Assembly (NCBI RefSeq): GCF_006345805.1
Contig: NC_043007.1
Span: 45,818,001 to 45,882,000, forward strand
Direction of reading: 5' to 3'
DNA from: Octopus sinensis
Taxonomy: Eukaryota
Length of the DNA: 64,000 bases
A program made the translations under genes and the position numbers. Numbering within the stretch: the first letter of the stretch is position 1; every line of letters begins with the position of its first letter. Shown piece after piece: positions 52,195 to 64,000 of the stretch. The notes beneath the pieces are model-generated. The model was given only the letters and a program-made list of their open reading frames with translations, was not told where the DNA came from and did no database searches.

Positions 52195-52595
52195 AACAAC
52201 AGTGATAATAATAATGGTTTTAAATTTTGCCAGCATATTTGGGGGAGGGGATGAGTCGATTACATCGCCACCAGTGTTTAACTGGTACTTATTTTATCGA
52301 ACCCGAAAGGATGAAAGGTAAAATCGACCTCGGCGGAATTTTAATTCAGAACGCACCAACGGAGGAATACCTATTTCTTTACTACCCACAAGGGGCCAAA
52401 TACAGAGGAGACAATCAAGGACAGACAAACGGATTAAGTCGATTACATCGACCCCAGTGCGTAACTTAATTTATCGACACGGAAAGGATGAAAGGCAAGG
52501 TCAACCCCGGCTGAATTTGAACTCAGAACGTAACGGCAGACGAAATACGGCTACGCATTTCGCCCGGCGTGCTAACGATGCTGCCAGCTCGCTGC
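52195..52595 (-). mobile_element. SINE family B, long form with duplicated body
   Basis: Minus strand gcagcgagctggcagcatcgttagcacgccgggcg..., body block present twice. Confidence 0.9.
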
Positions 52596-52596
52596 A

Positions 52597-52768
52597 TTAA
52601 TAATAATAATAATAATGATAATAATAATAATAATAATAATGATAATAATAATAATAATAATAATGATAATAATAATAATAATAATGATAATAATAATAAT
52701 AATGATAATAATAATAATAATAATGATAATAATAATAATAATAATAATGATAAAAATAATAATAATAA
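52597..52768. repeat. (AAT)n with GAT interruptions; left flank of the Dong-like insertion
   Basis: Directly visible. Confidence 0.97.
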
Positions 52769-52769
52769 T

Positions 52770-55700
52770 GTACCTCATGCCCCGCAAATAAAACCCAAAA
52801 TACGTAAATGGACACGTGAGGAATACATTTCTATCTTATACGCATACTACACAGCAGTACTCTACCCAAAAAATGAACATACAACACATACATATAAAAT
52901 ATGGAAGGAAAATAATAGAGATATAGACTTGGATACAGCAATGAACCCTAATAAATTAGCTAACGTACGAAGATACATTCTCAACACAAAAAAAATATCA
53001 GAAATAGAAATAGAACACCTAAAAGAAAACATACACCAGGAAAATGTAGATAGAAGCCACACAACAATGCCCAATAATATAAACACTGAAACTGTAAAAC
53101 ACGAAGACAAACGCAACATTCCCAACAAACACGGTGTAAACAACGAAGGGGAGCCTAATGATTATGATAATATAAAAAATAAAATAATCAAAGAACTGAA
53201 AACCACAGAGCTCAAAATGGACCACCAAAAGAAGCTGGATATTCACCCAAACCCGCCCAAACAGGAGTACCACCACCCAAACAAACCCTGTGGATAAATA
53301 ACATTCAAAGCAAGATAAAAACAAATAAGAAAAGACCTGTCGATTCTTAATGAAATCAGCAAACAATCAACGCTACTGAGCAACAAAAAGAACACAAAAA
53401 TACTCCGCAAATATAACATCACAGAGAAAGATTTGCCTGAAATAAAAGAAAAGCTGAAGCAAGATATCCTTGCCAAAGCACAAAGGATCCGCCGGTACAA
53501 GAAACGCCAGCGCTTCTTTGAAGAAAACAAAAAGTTCAACTCCAACTCCAAAAAGTTCTACCAAGAACTGGGCAAAAGTAAAATAGAAGTCACTGCAGCA
53601 CCAACGGCAGAAGAATTGGAAGAATTCTGGAGAGAAATATGGTCGGCGAACGAACCACCAAAAAAAAGGAGTATCAAAATAACAAACTCCGCATCTGAAC
53701 AACTTTGCACCCCCGTAACAACTGAAGAGGTCACCCAGGCACTGCAAAGACTAAGCAACTGGAAGGCACCTGGGCATGACAAGATCCCCAACTTCTGGTT
53801 GAAATATCTAACAGGAATGCACAAAAAGCTGGCTGAAAACTTTAACAACGTACTAGCAGAACCAGAGACAATGCCTGAATGGCTCACGAAGGGGAAAACC
53901 ATCTTAATTCCCAAATCAAATGAAGCAGAAAAACCAGAAAACTACAGACCAATAACCTGCCTCCCTACTATGTTCAAGGCATTTACTGCAGTGATATCAC
54001 AAAGGCTGAACAAGCACATGGACGAAAACAAACTGTTCCCAGAAGAGCAGAAAGGATGCCGCAGAGGCTCCTATGGCTGTAAAGATCAACTAATGATTAA
54101 TAAAGCCATAACTGAAGACAGCCACAGAAAGAAGAAAGGCCTCAGTGTGGCCTGGATTGACTACAAAAAGGCGTTTGATAGCATCCCCCACACATGGATC
54201 CTCGAAACACTAGCCATTAACAAAGTAGCACCAACAATCATAAAATTCATAGAGCATTCTATGAATAAATGGCAAACAGTCCTACACCTCGAAACAAAAG
54301 AGGGACTCATGAAAACCAAAGACATCCCCATTAGAAGAGGAATATTCCAGGGAGACACGCTCTCTCCACTCCTTTTCTGCTTGGCACTGTCACCTCTATC
54401 TGATATGCTAAATAGAACTGGATGCGGATATAAATGTTACGGCAAAACGATCAGCCACCTTTTATATATGGATGACCTAAAACTATACGCTGCAAATGAC
54501 AAACAGCTGGAAACACTATTAAAGACAGTTCATGGATTTACCAAAGAAATAGAGAGGAAATTTGGATTAGAAAAATGCGCCAAAGTAACCATGAAAAGAG
54601 GAAAACTAGTTAAGAGTAACAACATCACACTAGATAAAACCAATGAAATAAAAGAATTAGACCAAAACCAAACTTACAAATACTTAGGAATCCATGAACT
54701 AGATAAGACACAACACACACAAATGAAAGAGAAAATAAAAAAGAATATTATAGACGAGTTAGATCAATACTAAAAACAGAGCTCAATGCTAAAAACAAGA
54801 TAATAGGTATCAACACTTTAGCTGTCCCAGTTATAAGTTACAGCTACAATATCCTTAACTGGACACGAAATGAACTGACCAAAATAGATAGGAAAACAAG
54901 AAAATTAATGACAGGATCTAGGATGCATCACCCAAAATCTGACATAGAAAGACTATATATACAACGTATAGAAGGTGGTAGAGGCCTTATACAACAGGAA
55001 AACTACTATAAAATAACCACCATAGGACTGCAAAAATATCTACTTCAGAAGGAAGGAAAACTGATCCAGATAGCAGCAAGACACGAGCAAAACAAAAAAC
55101 TGTTCTCAGTATTTAAGGAAGCTGACAAATAGAAACAAGAAATCATACCACCTAATAAACATGAAGAAGAAGAAGAAGATGAAGAAACAACAAAAGCTAT
55201 AAAACAAATGAAATCCAAACTAAAAATAGAACAGCAACGAACCATGATAAAACGATGGCAAGAAAAGCCCCTTCATGGTAAATACTGGACTAAACTAAAC
55301 GCAAAAGAAATAGACAAAGAAAAATCCCAGCAATGGTTGAGAAGCTCAGAACTCAAAGCAGAAACAGAGGGATTTTTAATTGCAGCACAAGACCAAAGCC
55401 TCCCCACCAGAAATTACCAAAAACATGTAATGAAAAGAAATATTACAAGTAACTGCAGAATATGTGGAGATGGACAAGAAACAATAAATCATATTATCTC
55501 TAGCTGCCCAGTCCTGGCTAAGAAGGAATATATTCACAGACATGACAGAGTTGGAACCTACATACATTGGAAGCTATGCCAACATTATGGAATAACAACA
55601 GAAAAAAGATGGTATAGGCACACACCAGAAAAGGTCACAGAAAACGAGAAAGCAACCATACTCTGGGATATGCCGATACACACAGATAGAGAAATTAAGG

Positions 55701-56045
55701 CCAACACACCAGATATAGTTGTCAGATATCATGAAGAAAAAAATGCTTTCTAATTGATGTATCAATACCGGCTGATGACAACGTGTCTCTAAAAGAAATG
55801 GAGAAACTCTCAAAATACAAATACCTGGAAATAGAGGTAACTAGAATGTGGAATCTGAAAACAGAAACAATTCCTATCATAGTAGGTGCATTAGGCATGA
55901 TAAAAATATTCAGACAAATACATAACAAACACACCAGGACTTACAAACACATATAACATATAGAAAATTGCACTACTAGGCACTGCACACATCCTACGCA
56001 GAACACTTTCCATACAATAACCATCAGAGCATCACAACAAATCAC
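52770..56045 (+). mobile_element. Near-full-length R4/Dong-clade non-LTR retrotransposon in a (TAA)n tract (disrupted single ORF)
   Basis: N-terminal RKWTREEY motif; RT motifs NYRPITCL, EQKGCRRG, IDYKKAFDS, QGDTLSP, YMDD; CRICGDGQETINHIISSC knuckle; PDIVV/IDVS RLE; PIIVGALG; several frameshifts/stops; (TAA)n tail. TAA targeting is established for Dong. Confidence 0.95.
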
Positions 56046-56126
56046 ATAATAATAATAATAAATTGGACTCGCTGCATTAATAATAATAATAATGATAATA
56101 ATAATAATAATAATAATAATGATAAT

Positions 56127-56182
<56 letters not shown>

Positions 56183-56200
56183 TGATGATAATGATAATAC

Positions 56201-56242
<42 letters not shown>

Positions 56243-56260
56243 TAATAATAATAATAATAA

Positions 56261-56736
56261 ATTGTTTTGTCTTGGTATAAAAGATGGGCTACAGCAAATA
56301 TTCTGCTCAATACCACAGATTTGCTTGTCAGACCGTAACCAGTTGAGCATGTCCCTTCGTGGCTGACGATATGTGCATCTCTGATCACGAGCAGAAGTAG
56401 TGGGGGAGCATCATAGCCATGTGTTGAGAAGGATTCTTTGGGGTTTGAATAATTCACCTCTAGAAACATGGGTGTTTCGTTCAACGTCCTTAAAGAACCC
56501 TTATTCAGGGACCTTTTGAGCGGGATGGGTTACTCGATCTGAAGAAAATTCTAACTGGGCTCCACCTGCAAGGTCATGTGCTGTTTATCTTGATATGAGA
56601 TCACCATGTCGCGCACATATGGTAGTGATGCATGTGCCTGGTGTACCCTTATCAGACGGGTAGTCATGATGGGTATACTGGGCTTCGTATATTTTACCCC
56701 AGTGTCACTTTGATGGCATGCTCTGCTCGCTCACTC
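56261..56736 (+). mobile_element. TAA-associated non-coding element, 5'-truncated copy
   Basis: 476 bp between (AAT)n tracts; ends cactc+(aat)n. Confidence 0.85.
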
Positions 56737-56753
56737 ATAATAATAATAATATA

Positions 56754-56825
<72 letters not shown>

Positions 56826-56843
56826 TGATGATAATGATAATAC

Positions 56844-56882
<39 letters not shown>

Positions 56883-56903
56883 TAATAATAATAATAATAA
56901 TAA

Positions 56904-57379
56904 ATTGTTTTGTCTTGGTATAAAAGATGGGCTACAGCAAATATTCTGCTCAATACCACAGATTTGCTTGTCAGACCGTAACCAGTTGAGCATGTCCCTT
57001 CGTGGCTGACGATATGTGCATCTCTGATCACGAGCAGAAGTAGTGGGGGAGCATCATAGCCATGTGTTGAGAAGGATTCTTTGGGGTTTGAATAATTCAC
57101 CTCTAGAAACATGGGTGTTTCGTTCAACGTCCTTAAAGAACCCTTATTCAGGGACCTTTTGAGCGGGATGGGTTACTCGATCTGAAGAAAATTCTAACTG
57201 GGCTCCACCTGCAAGGTCATGTGCTGTTTATCTTGATATGAGATCACCATGTCGCGCACATATGGTAGTGATGCATGTGCCTGGTGTACCCTTATCAGAC
57301 GGGTAGTCATGATGGGTATACTGGGCTTCGTATATTTTACCCCAGTGTCACTTTGATGGCATGCTCTGCTCGCTCACTC
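56904..57379 (+). mobile_element. TAA-associated element, tandem duplicate of 56261-56736 (period 643 bp)
   Basis: No difference seen by eye; the irregular microsatellite pattern upstream is also duplicated. Confidence 0.9.
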
Positions 57380-57442
<63 letters not shown>

Positions 57443-57534
57443 TAACTGGACCCGTGAAAAATTCATGGAAAATATTAAAAATGTAAGCATCTCTAAACTG
57501 TGTGCTGGTGCCTTGAGAAATGTTTCTATAGTTA

Positions 57535-57750
57535 AAGACGGCGAGCTAGCAGAATCGTTAGCACGCTGGGCGAAATCCTTTGCGGTCATTTGTCTGTCTT
57601 TACCTTCCGAGTTCAAATTCTACCGGATCGACTTTGCCTTTCATCGTTTCGGGGTCAATAAATTACATACCATTTGCGTACTGAGGTCTATCTAATGGAC
57701 TGGCCACCTCCCCACCAAAATTTTAGAACTTGTCCCTATAGTAGAAAAGT
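57535..57750 (+). mobile_element. SINE family B
   Basis: ggcgagctagcagaatcgttagcacgctgggcgaaa... Confidence 0.88.
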
Positions 57751-57824
57751 ATATTGCGACATTTACAGAATATAGAAAGAAGTGTAAAACCGATAACTAT
57801 CAATCCAACCAAAATATCTCAGTT

Positions 57825-58030
57825 ACGCAAACAGAATTACTATTTAGCCTTAAAATATATCGTACATATTCAGAGAACCCTCTTGGTTTACTGGACCTAT
57901 TACCCGTAAACCTGGTGCTTATTCTATCAGCCACTTCTGCTGAACAGCTAAAGTACAGGGGTGTAAACATACCAACATCGGCTGTCAAGCAATGGTGGTA
58001 GGGGACAGACACAAATACACACACATAAAT
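57825..58030 (-). mobile_element. SINE family A, 3' fragment (degenerate)
   Basis: aaacataccaacatcggctgtcaagcaatgg segment. Confidence 0.7.
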
Positions 58031-58084
58031 ATATACATACACACACAAACACCTATATATGGGCTTGGATGTGGTTGTGATGCT

Positions 58085-58430
58085 GGCTGGCACGATTTTG
58101 TGGTTTGCTGGTATCCCGAGAGAGATCCAGCTTTGTTTCTCATATTTTCTAAGTACAGCTGCCTTTGCTCTTGACTCATGTGTTCACGATTCTGTTGATT
58201 TCTATCTCTCTTTATTTTGAAAATACTCTTCTCTTTGGTCCTAGCTCATTTGTCCTATCCTTTGCTGATTTCTTTTTCTCCTATGCCGTAGGGATACGCA
58301 CCCTCTCCGCTCGGCTTATTTCGTTTCTTCTCTGTCTCATCCTCACGCGATTTTGATTCCTTATTTCCTCCCGCTGTTCCTCGCGTAACCCCTTCTACGC
58401 TGACGCTCTTGTGATGCGTCCCTCGTGTGA
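58085..58430 (-). pseudogene. Degraded charged-repeat ORF resembling the N-terminal region of Helitron Rep/helicase proteins
   Basis: LREEQREEIRNQNRVRMRQRR and MSQEQRQLYLENMR in shifting frames with stops; resemblance by eye only. Confidence 0.35.
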
Positions 58431-58800
58431 TTATCCATATTTTAAAACTTTAATTTAAAACAGTAAATCCCCAAAATGTATTTGATGTTTTTTGTTTAAA
58501 AAGGGAAGTATTTCCGAAATACTCACCTAATATGAAAGGATACGGTAATTAATTATATTGTAGGAAAGTAAAAAGTAAAAGGAAAATAGAATTAATATTT
58601 TTGATTTTGTTCGGGTCTATGAATTTAATTTTTTTTTATGCTTTCGTTAATTGCTTGATACAAGAAAAAAGAAATTGGAAAAGTCCTGACCAAAACAGAA
58701 AAATTCTAAGTTAACAAAAATATAGAAAGAAGTTGCGTTTATTTCGACCATGCGACACTTATTATTGCACACACACATACATTCATGTATATATGTGTGT

Positions 58801-58849
<49 letters not shown>

Positions 58850-59669
58850 GCGTGTTTTAAATGTTATTTACTTATACACATCAACAAACGAGCCAATTGA
58901 ACAACTCTGCGTGGTTGTTGAATTTGTTAGAAATAACAGCAAAATCTATCCATACTATGCTCTTGTTAGTATTACGGAAAGCGAAAAATAGAATATATAT
59001 GTTTGATTTTGTTCGGCTCTAGGAATTTAATTTTTTTAATGCTCTCGTACATTACTTGATACAAGAAAAAAGAAATTGGAAAAATCCTGCCCAAAAGAGA
59101 GAAATTGTAGCTCAACAAATAATATAGAAAGAGAAAGTAAAGGTTGTATTCGAAAGCCAAAATATGTTTTTTAACTGTGTTGTAATTTTATAATTAAAAC
59201 AAATCCAAAATTTAAACTTTAGAACATGACTTAACATGTTATCTGGTGTATGGCCGAATTCAAATGGGCAGAAGACCTAAAACAAATATGTGTGTGTGCG
59301 TTGTGTGTGCGTGTGGTTGAGCTTTTAATAGCCAAGGATCGATTTCAGTTCAATCGTAGAAAGGAATTCAAATACCTATCAGCCACTCCCTCTCATTCTC
59401 TCTCTTTCTCTCTCATTTACCCTCTCCTTACTCGACACATGCGTCAAATTTAAATATCTTAATTTTCTTACTAAGAGCGTTGCTGCTCCGGTGGCCCAGT
59501 AGGCATGGGTGTTGAGATGTAGTAGTACAACACATAGGTGGTACTTTCAAATCTCTTCCATAAATTACAAGAGATCTAGTTAAATATTTCTATTTAAGCA
59601 ACTAAAATTTCTTTCAACAACGTAAGGTACGTAGAAAAAGAAAATTAGCGTATTAATATTATTGATAAA

Positions 59670-59699
<30 letters not shown>

Positions 59700-59700
<1 letters not shown>

Positions 59701-60222
59701 CCAGTACCAGGTATTGATCTCGTGGCTCTTCTGATCTTAACTGATTGGGTGTGTTATCACATACATGTTTTGACTTGGTATAGCCAAGATTCTGCTCAAC
59801 ACCCCAGATTTGCTTGCCAGTTTCTTGAACATAATCAGTTGAGCATGTTTCTGGGTGGCTGACGATATGTGCATCTCTGATCGTGAGAGCAGAAGTAGCG
59901 GGGCGGGGGGGCATCATAGTCATGTATTGAGAAGTGAATTCTTTATTATTTTAATAATTCATCCCTGGAAACATGGGTCTTTCGTTCAACATCATTAAAC
60001 AACCCTTATTCAGCGACCTTTTAAATGGGAGAGGCTACTCGAGCTGAAGAAAATTCTAACTGGCCCCCACCTGCAGGGTCATGCGCTGTTTATATGTATA
60101 TGAGCTTACAATGTCGTGCACATATGATTGTAATGAATGTGCCTGATAGTCATGATGTGTATATTGAGTTTGGTTTATTTTAACCCAGTGTCACTTTGAC
60201 GGCATGCGCTGCTCACTCACTC
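59700..60222 (+). mobile_element. TAA-associated non-coding element, diverged copy with 5' extension
   Basis: Follows (AAT)n at 59668-59699; homologous along its length to 56261-56736; ends cactc. Confidence 0.85.
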
Positions 60223-60236
60223 GATAATGTATATGA

Positions 60237-60289
<53 letters not shown>

Positions 60290-60328
60290 GTGTGTGTGTG
60301 TGTGTGTTTGTATATATATTGGTAAAAA

Positions 60329-60559
60329 CGGCATCCGAAACTCAGAGTTTTATCTTGGCCATTGAATAATTTTCAAATATTATTTTACCGATATATGTAT
60401 ATATATATATTGATAACAAAAAAAGGAAGAGACCTCGATATTATGTAAATAGACGAATTTATCTGTAGATGTAATATGTGACAATTATTCGGTAGCCATG
60501 ATAAAACTCCGACTTTCGGATGCCGAGATGCAATCCACGCCGCCATCTCTTCAGTTATC
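60329..60559. repeat. Fold-back with 43-bp arms containing a minus-strand hammerhead (60500-60559)
   Basis: Minus strand GATAA-CTGAAGA-GATG..CATC-C-GAAA-GTCGGAG-TT-TTATC; plus-strand arm 60329-60371 holds the 3' half CATCC-GAAA-CTCAGAG-TT-TTATC. Confidence 0.7.
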
Positions 60560-60889
60560 CGACCATCGGAAAAACGCAATTAAAAATGACCGTTATACAA
60601 AGGGAAATTACTGTGTGATTGGCCATTATTTAGACAAAAGAGCTATTCGAATGACCGCTAAAAAAGGAAGTAAAAGTAAGGGGGTACAAACTTCATAGTA
60701 TTCGCGTAAGCGCGCCTGTTCATATCTATACATGTGCGCCCGCACATAGATAAATGTACATATATAGGACGGGATTTTTTCAATTTTCGTCTACTAAATA
60801 CACTGACAAGGCTTTGATCCGCCCAAGGCAATAGCAGAGGACACTAACCCAAGGTGCCTAGAGTGAGATGTGACCTCGTGTGTAGCGTT

Positions 60890-61075
60890 GGCGATTTTTT
60901 TCCCTCTGTCTTCCCTTCTCTGGATCTTTCCTTCTCCTATGTTTCCGACGAAGAGCTCCGCTCGAAACGTTACGCCCTCCTTCTTTCCTTCTTTCCTGAG
61001 CGTCCAATAATACTATATTTGTTCCACGTCCTCGCGTTGTTGTGTTTTTTGTGCTTTCTTGTTTGGATTATGTAT
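60890..61075 (+). mobile_element. Penelope-like pLTR remnant with degenerate minimal hammerhead (60941-60972)
   Basis: CCGACGA-A-GAGC(tcc)GCTC-GAAA-CGTTA with palindromic AACGTT; core U replaced by C, stem I unpaired; downstream part recurs on the minus strand at 45800-45864. Confidence 0.6.
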
Positions 61076-62379
61076 AGATTGATGCATACATATATACATA
61101 CAAACATACATAGAATATGTGATTAGAGTTATCTAGGAGACATCGAATGCTGAATTATAGACAGTTTTAGAAATAATTTATCAGATTTGTTCTAAATTAT
61201 TCCCCAAACATTTTACCGAACCCTTACAATTCAATCACAACTGAAAATTGGTTTGCTATGTAGTCATAAGATAACTGTTAAGTTAAAGCTTATATGATCC
61301 TCAATGGTAATATTTGATGTTATTGCGCAGCTTAGTGTATATTTGTGTATATTGTATCTGTGATTTCTCTGTCAGATTATATAACATAAAGTTTGTATCT
61401 CTGACAAATCGGAATGATAGAAACATTGATTACTTTTGTTCGCGGTTGTCAAATATGTAAGCATTCCCTTCACATAGAATTATTCGAAAGGACTAAAAGA
61501 ACGCCATCTACGCAGAGAATGCATGTTGATTTGGAAGTAAAACCCATTGTCTTGAACAAACACTCAATCTTTAAACCTGTTTTCCTAAGAAATGTAAGAT
61601 GACTAGTATATATTTATTCATTCATAGAATACCATTTCTATAATTCTTAAATACTGGACCTACTATTCAGGATTTGAGTGAAAAGAAATTTATTTCTGAG
61701 TACTAATGACATATCTACTGCATAGTAGTAGGTCTTGATAGAAATAGGAAACAAATCTTTCTAAGAGATCCTTCCCTCTTGAAAGACGTGAAAAATCAGG
61801 TAATGTTATTAATGGTATAAATACAAACTGCATTCACGACCATGATGTATAACGTTCACGTGGTATGCCCTCAGGTTAAACACAAACAAATGCATATCTT
61901 AGACGTGTTTTATTAAACTATATTTGAGTTTGCTTTTGGTAGCACTAAACAAACTCAATTGGCCAGTTACTGATATGTGCGGCGAATATACTGACAAATT
62001 TACAATGGGTTGATTATGATATTTATCAGATGGAAGTATATCGATTTGCTTTGTAGAGACAGTGTTATTAGCATAATTTATGACCCCTATGTTTGAATAT
62101 TTACATTAATACTGACTGTATCTAAAATAGAAACCAAACTTCATGTATGACATAAAAAATTCAAAATGAACAGAGAGGTTGAGCGCTCAAGCAACTGTTT
62201 ATTTCAATCAACAACTCCACTACGAACACCATTCTCCTGTTTAAATAAGTACTTGTATAATTGTCTAAATTACCAGAAATCATGATGCGCATTAAATGGT
62301 TCGATGGAAAGTGGTGGCTATAATGTAACATATCATAAATGGGAGGTTAGAGTAAAGATTAAAAATATCAAAACACAAA

Positions 62380-62446
<67 letters not shown>
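62380..62446. repeat. (TTA)n microsatellite without an inserted element
   Basis: Directly visible. Confidence 0.97.
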
Positions 62447-63639
62447 TAGACATTAATATATAAAAATGTAGATTTTAACGTGGTCTAGTGACCCGTTCGT
62501 TTGCAAATGTTATTTAAGTCAATGTGGTTTATATAAGGATTGAAAAGGAAGCAATCAAATTATTTATTACTAATTCTATAGGAAAATGGTAACATCGGGT
62601 TTATTTGTTTATATCGACTACTAATTCCTTACATCTGTCTGTTGTTATTTAAACGTTACACGTCACGCAATTTTGACCAGCGGAACTCATCTCACGAAAG
62701 TAATGGACGATTTCAAATATCAGTAATGGAAACGACGAAAACAAAAATCTGTTTCACATTTCAACGGCATCGTTCTATTCACTAATACTACTATTTTGAA
62801 ACAAGTGATTTCATTACACATTAATTACTTTTTTATGTGCTCACTCATAAAAGTTTAGTTCCACAAGAGAGTCTGTATGAAAATAAAGACTATACAGTCA
62901 ATGGTCTTTCAAATATCATTCTGTGTTCTTTTCTTTTCCTTTCCATTTCCTAATCTCTCTATAATATCATTTCCCACAATAATAAAAAAGTCACATAAAT
63001 GCTTCTGATGTAGAGGTATTGACACTGAAATTCCATTCATTAAGTTATTTTTAAAACGTTAAATATCTTTTCGGACAAGAAGAGTATTAACACAAGAGGA
63101 ACCAAGAGAATATACTTTCCTAACGTAAATCACACCAGATAACTTTAGCGGCGCCGTGGGTACTAAATGAAATACTTTTGATTATGTTTGTGCTTGAAAT
63201 TGTCCTCAACAATGTCAACCACATACTGCTTAGTATTTACTATTAATTCCTACTAGATTCATTCTTTTTCAATTTCAAGTACCATCAATGTACAAATCAA
63301 AACTTCGACGTAATATTACTATTCTGGTCTCACATCTATATTTTCTGTTTCAGTAAAATATAGTAGGTGTCATGCTAAATGCTAATTATTATTAGCATAC
63401 AATAATATCAACAGTTATTCAGAGCAGTCTTAATTGTTTCTTTCCTTTACGTAAGTAAAATATAAAATTTATTCCCATGAAACATAGCAATAGTGTTTAC
63501 TTATATGCCAGAAATGTTTCCAGGGGTGTATACGTAGATACATAAATACACAATGTTCGTATATTGCATAGGCGTTTCATTTACAAACGCTATATGTAAA
63601 GAAACGTGTAGACCGCATGAGTAAGTCCGGTCACGATAC

Positions 63640-63830
63640 TCATTTACTCTTTTATACGTTTCAGTTATTTCACTGCGACCATGCCGGAGTACCGTCGTTA
63701 GTCGAAGAAATTGAACCTAAGCCATATTCTTTGGAAGCCCAGTACTTAGACTATCCGCCATTTTTGCCGAACCGCTACGTTTCGGGTGCATAAACACACC
63801 AACATCAGTTGTGGACGCATAGACACACAT
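63640..63830 (-). mobile_element. SINE family A, 3' fragment
   Basis: gcccagtact..ttttgccgaaccgcta..aaacacaccaacatc. Confidence 0.75.
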
Positions 63831-64000
63831 ACACATAAATATATATACATATATATTAGGATTAGCTTTTCTAATACAAAAACAAAAAATCTCCCACAAA
63901 TTATCTCTCCACATAATATTAGTCTGTTAAATAAGAATCCAATTACTGAAAATAATAACATTAATTTAGCTAATAGTAACCATCCCCCTAGAAATATAAA

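Overview
AT-rich eukaryotic DNA packed with microsatellites and transposable elements. The SINE families look like those of octopod cephalopods (recognised from memory, not verified by search). No bacterial-type genes, rRNA, intact tRNA or CRISPR were found, and most ORF-track entries are translated microsatellites or antisense shadows of TEs. Supported content: (1) a near-full-length R4/Dong-clade RT+RLE non-LTR retrotransposon in a (TAA)n tract (52770-56045) plus two minus-strand fragments; (2) a full-length mariner with TIRs and TA TSD (16742-18031), a deleted mariner and a Tc1-like remnant; (3) three tRNA-derived SINE families with nested insertions; (4) a non-autonomous Helitron and a MITE carrying TTAGGG repeats; (5) a 2.3-kb ORF1-only, RT-less LINE-like element (HAL1-like) with a 15-bp TSD inside a SINE head (29805-32149); (6) four copies of a ~480-520 bp non-coding element that always abuts (TAA)n, a candidate non-autonomous partner of the Dong-like LINE; (7) seven loci with type I hammerhead motifs of apparently unrelated Penelope-like families, four of them in fold-back arrangement. 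One hammerhead has an unusual 65-nt loop II, begins 24 nt downstream of the donor of a probable host exon, and with an inverted partial copy brackets that exon. An unidentified + strand host gene probably runs through the window; two exons are reasonably supported (8648-8713, 10532-10657) and others are weak.
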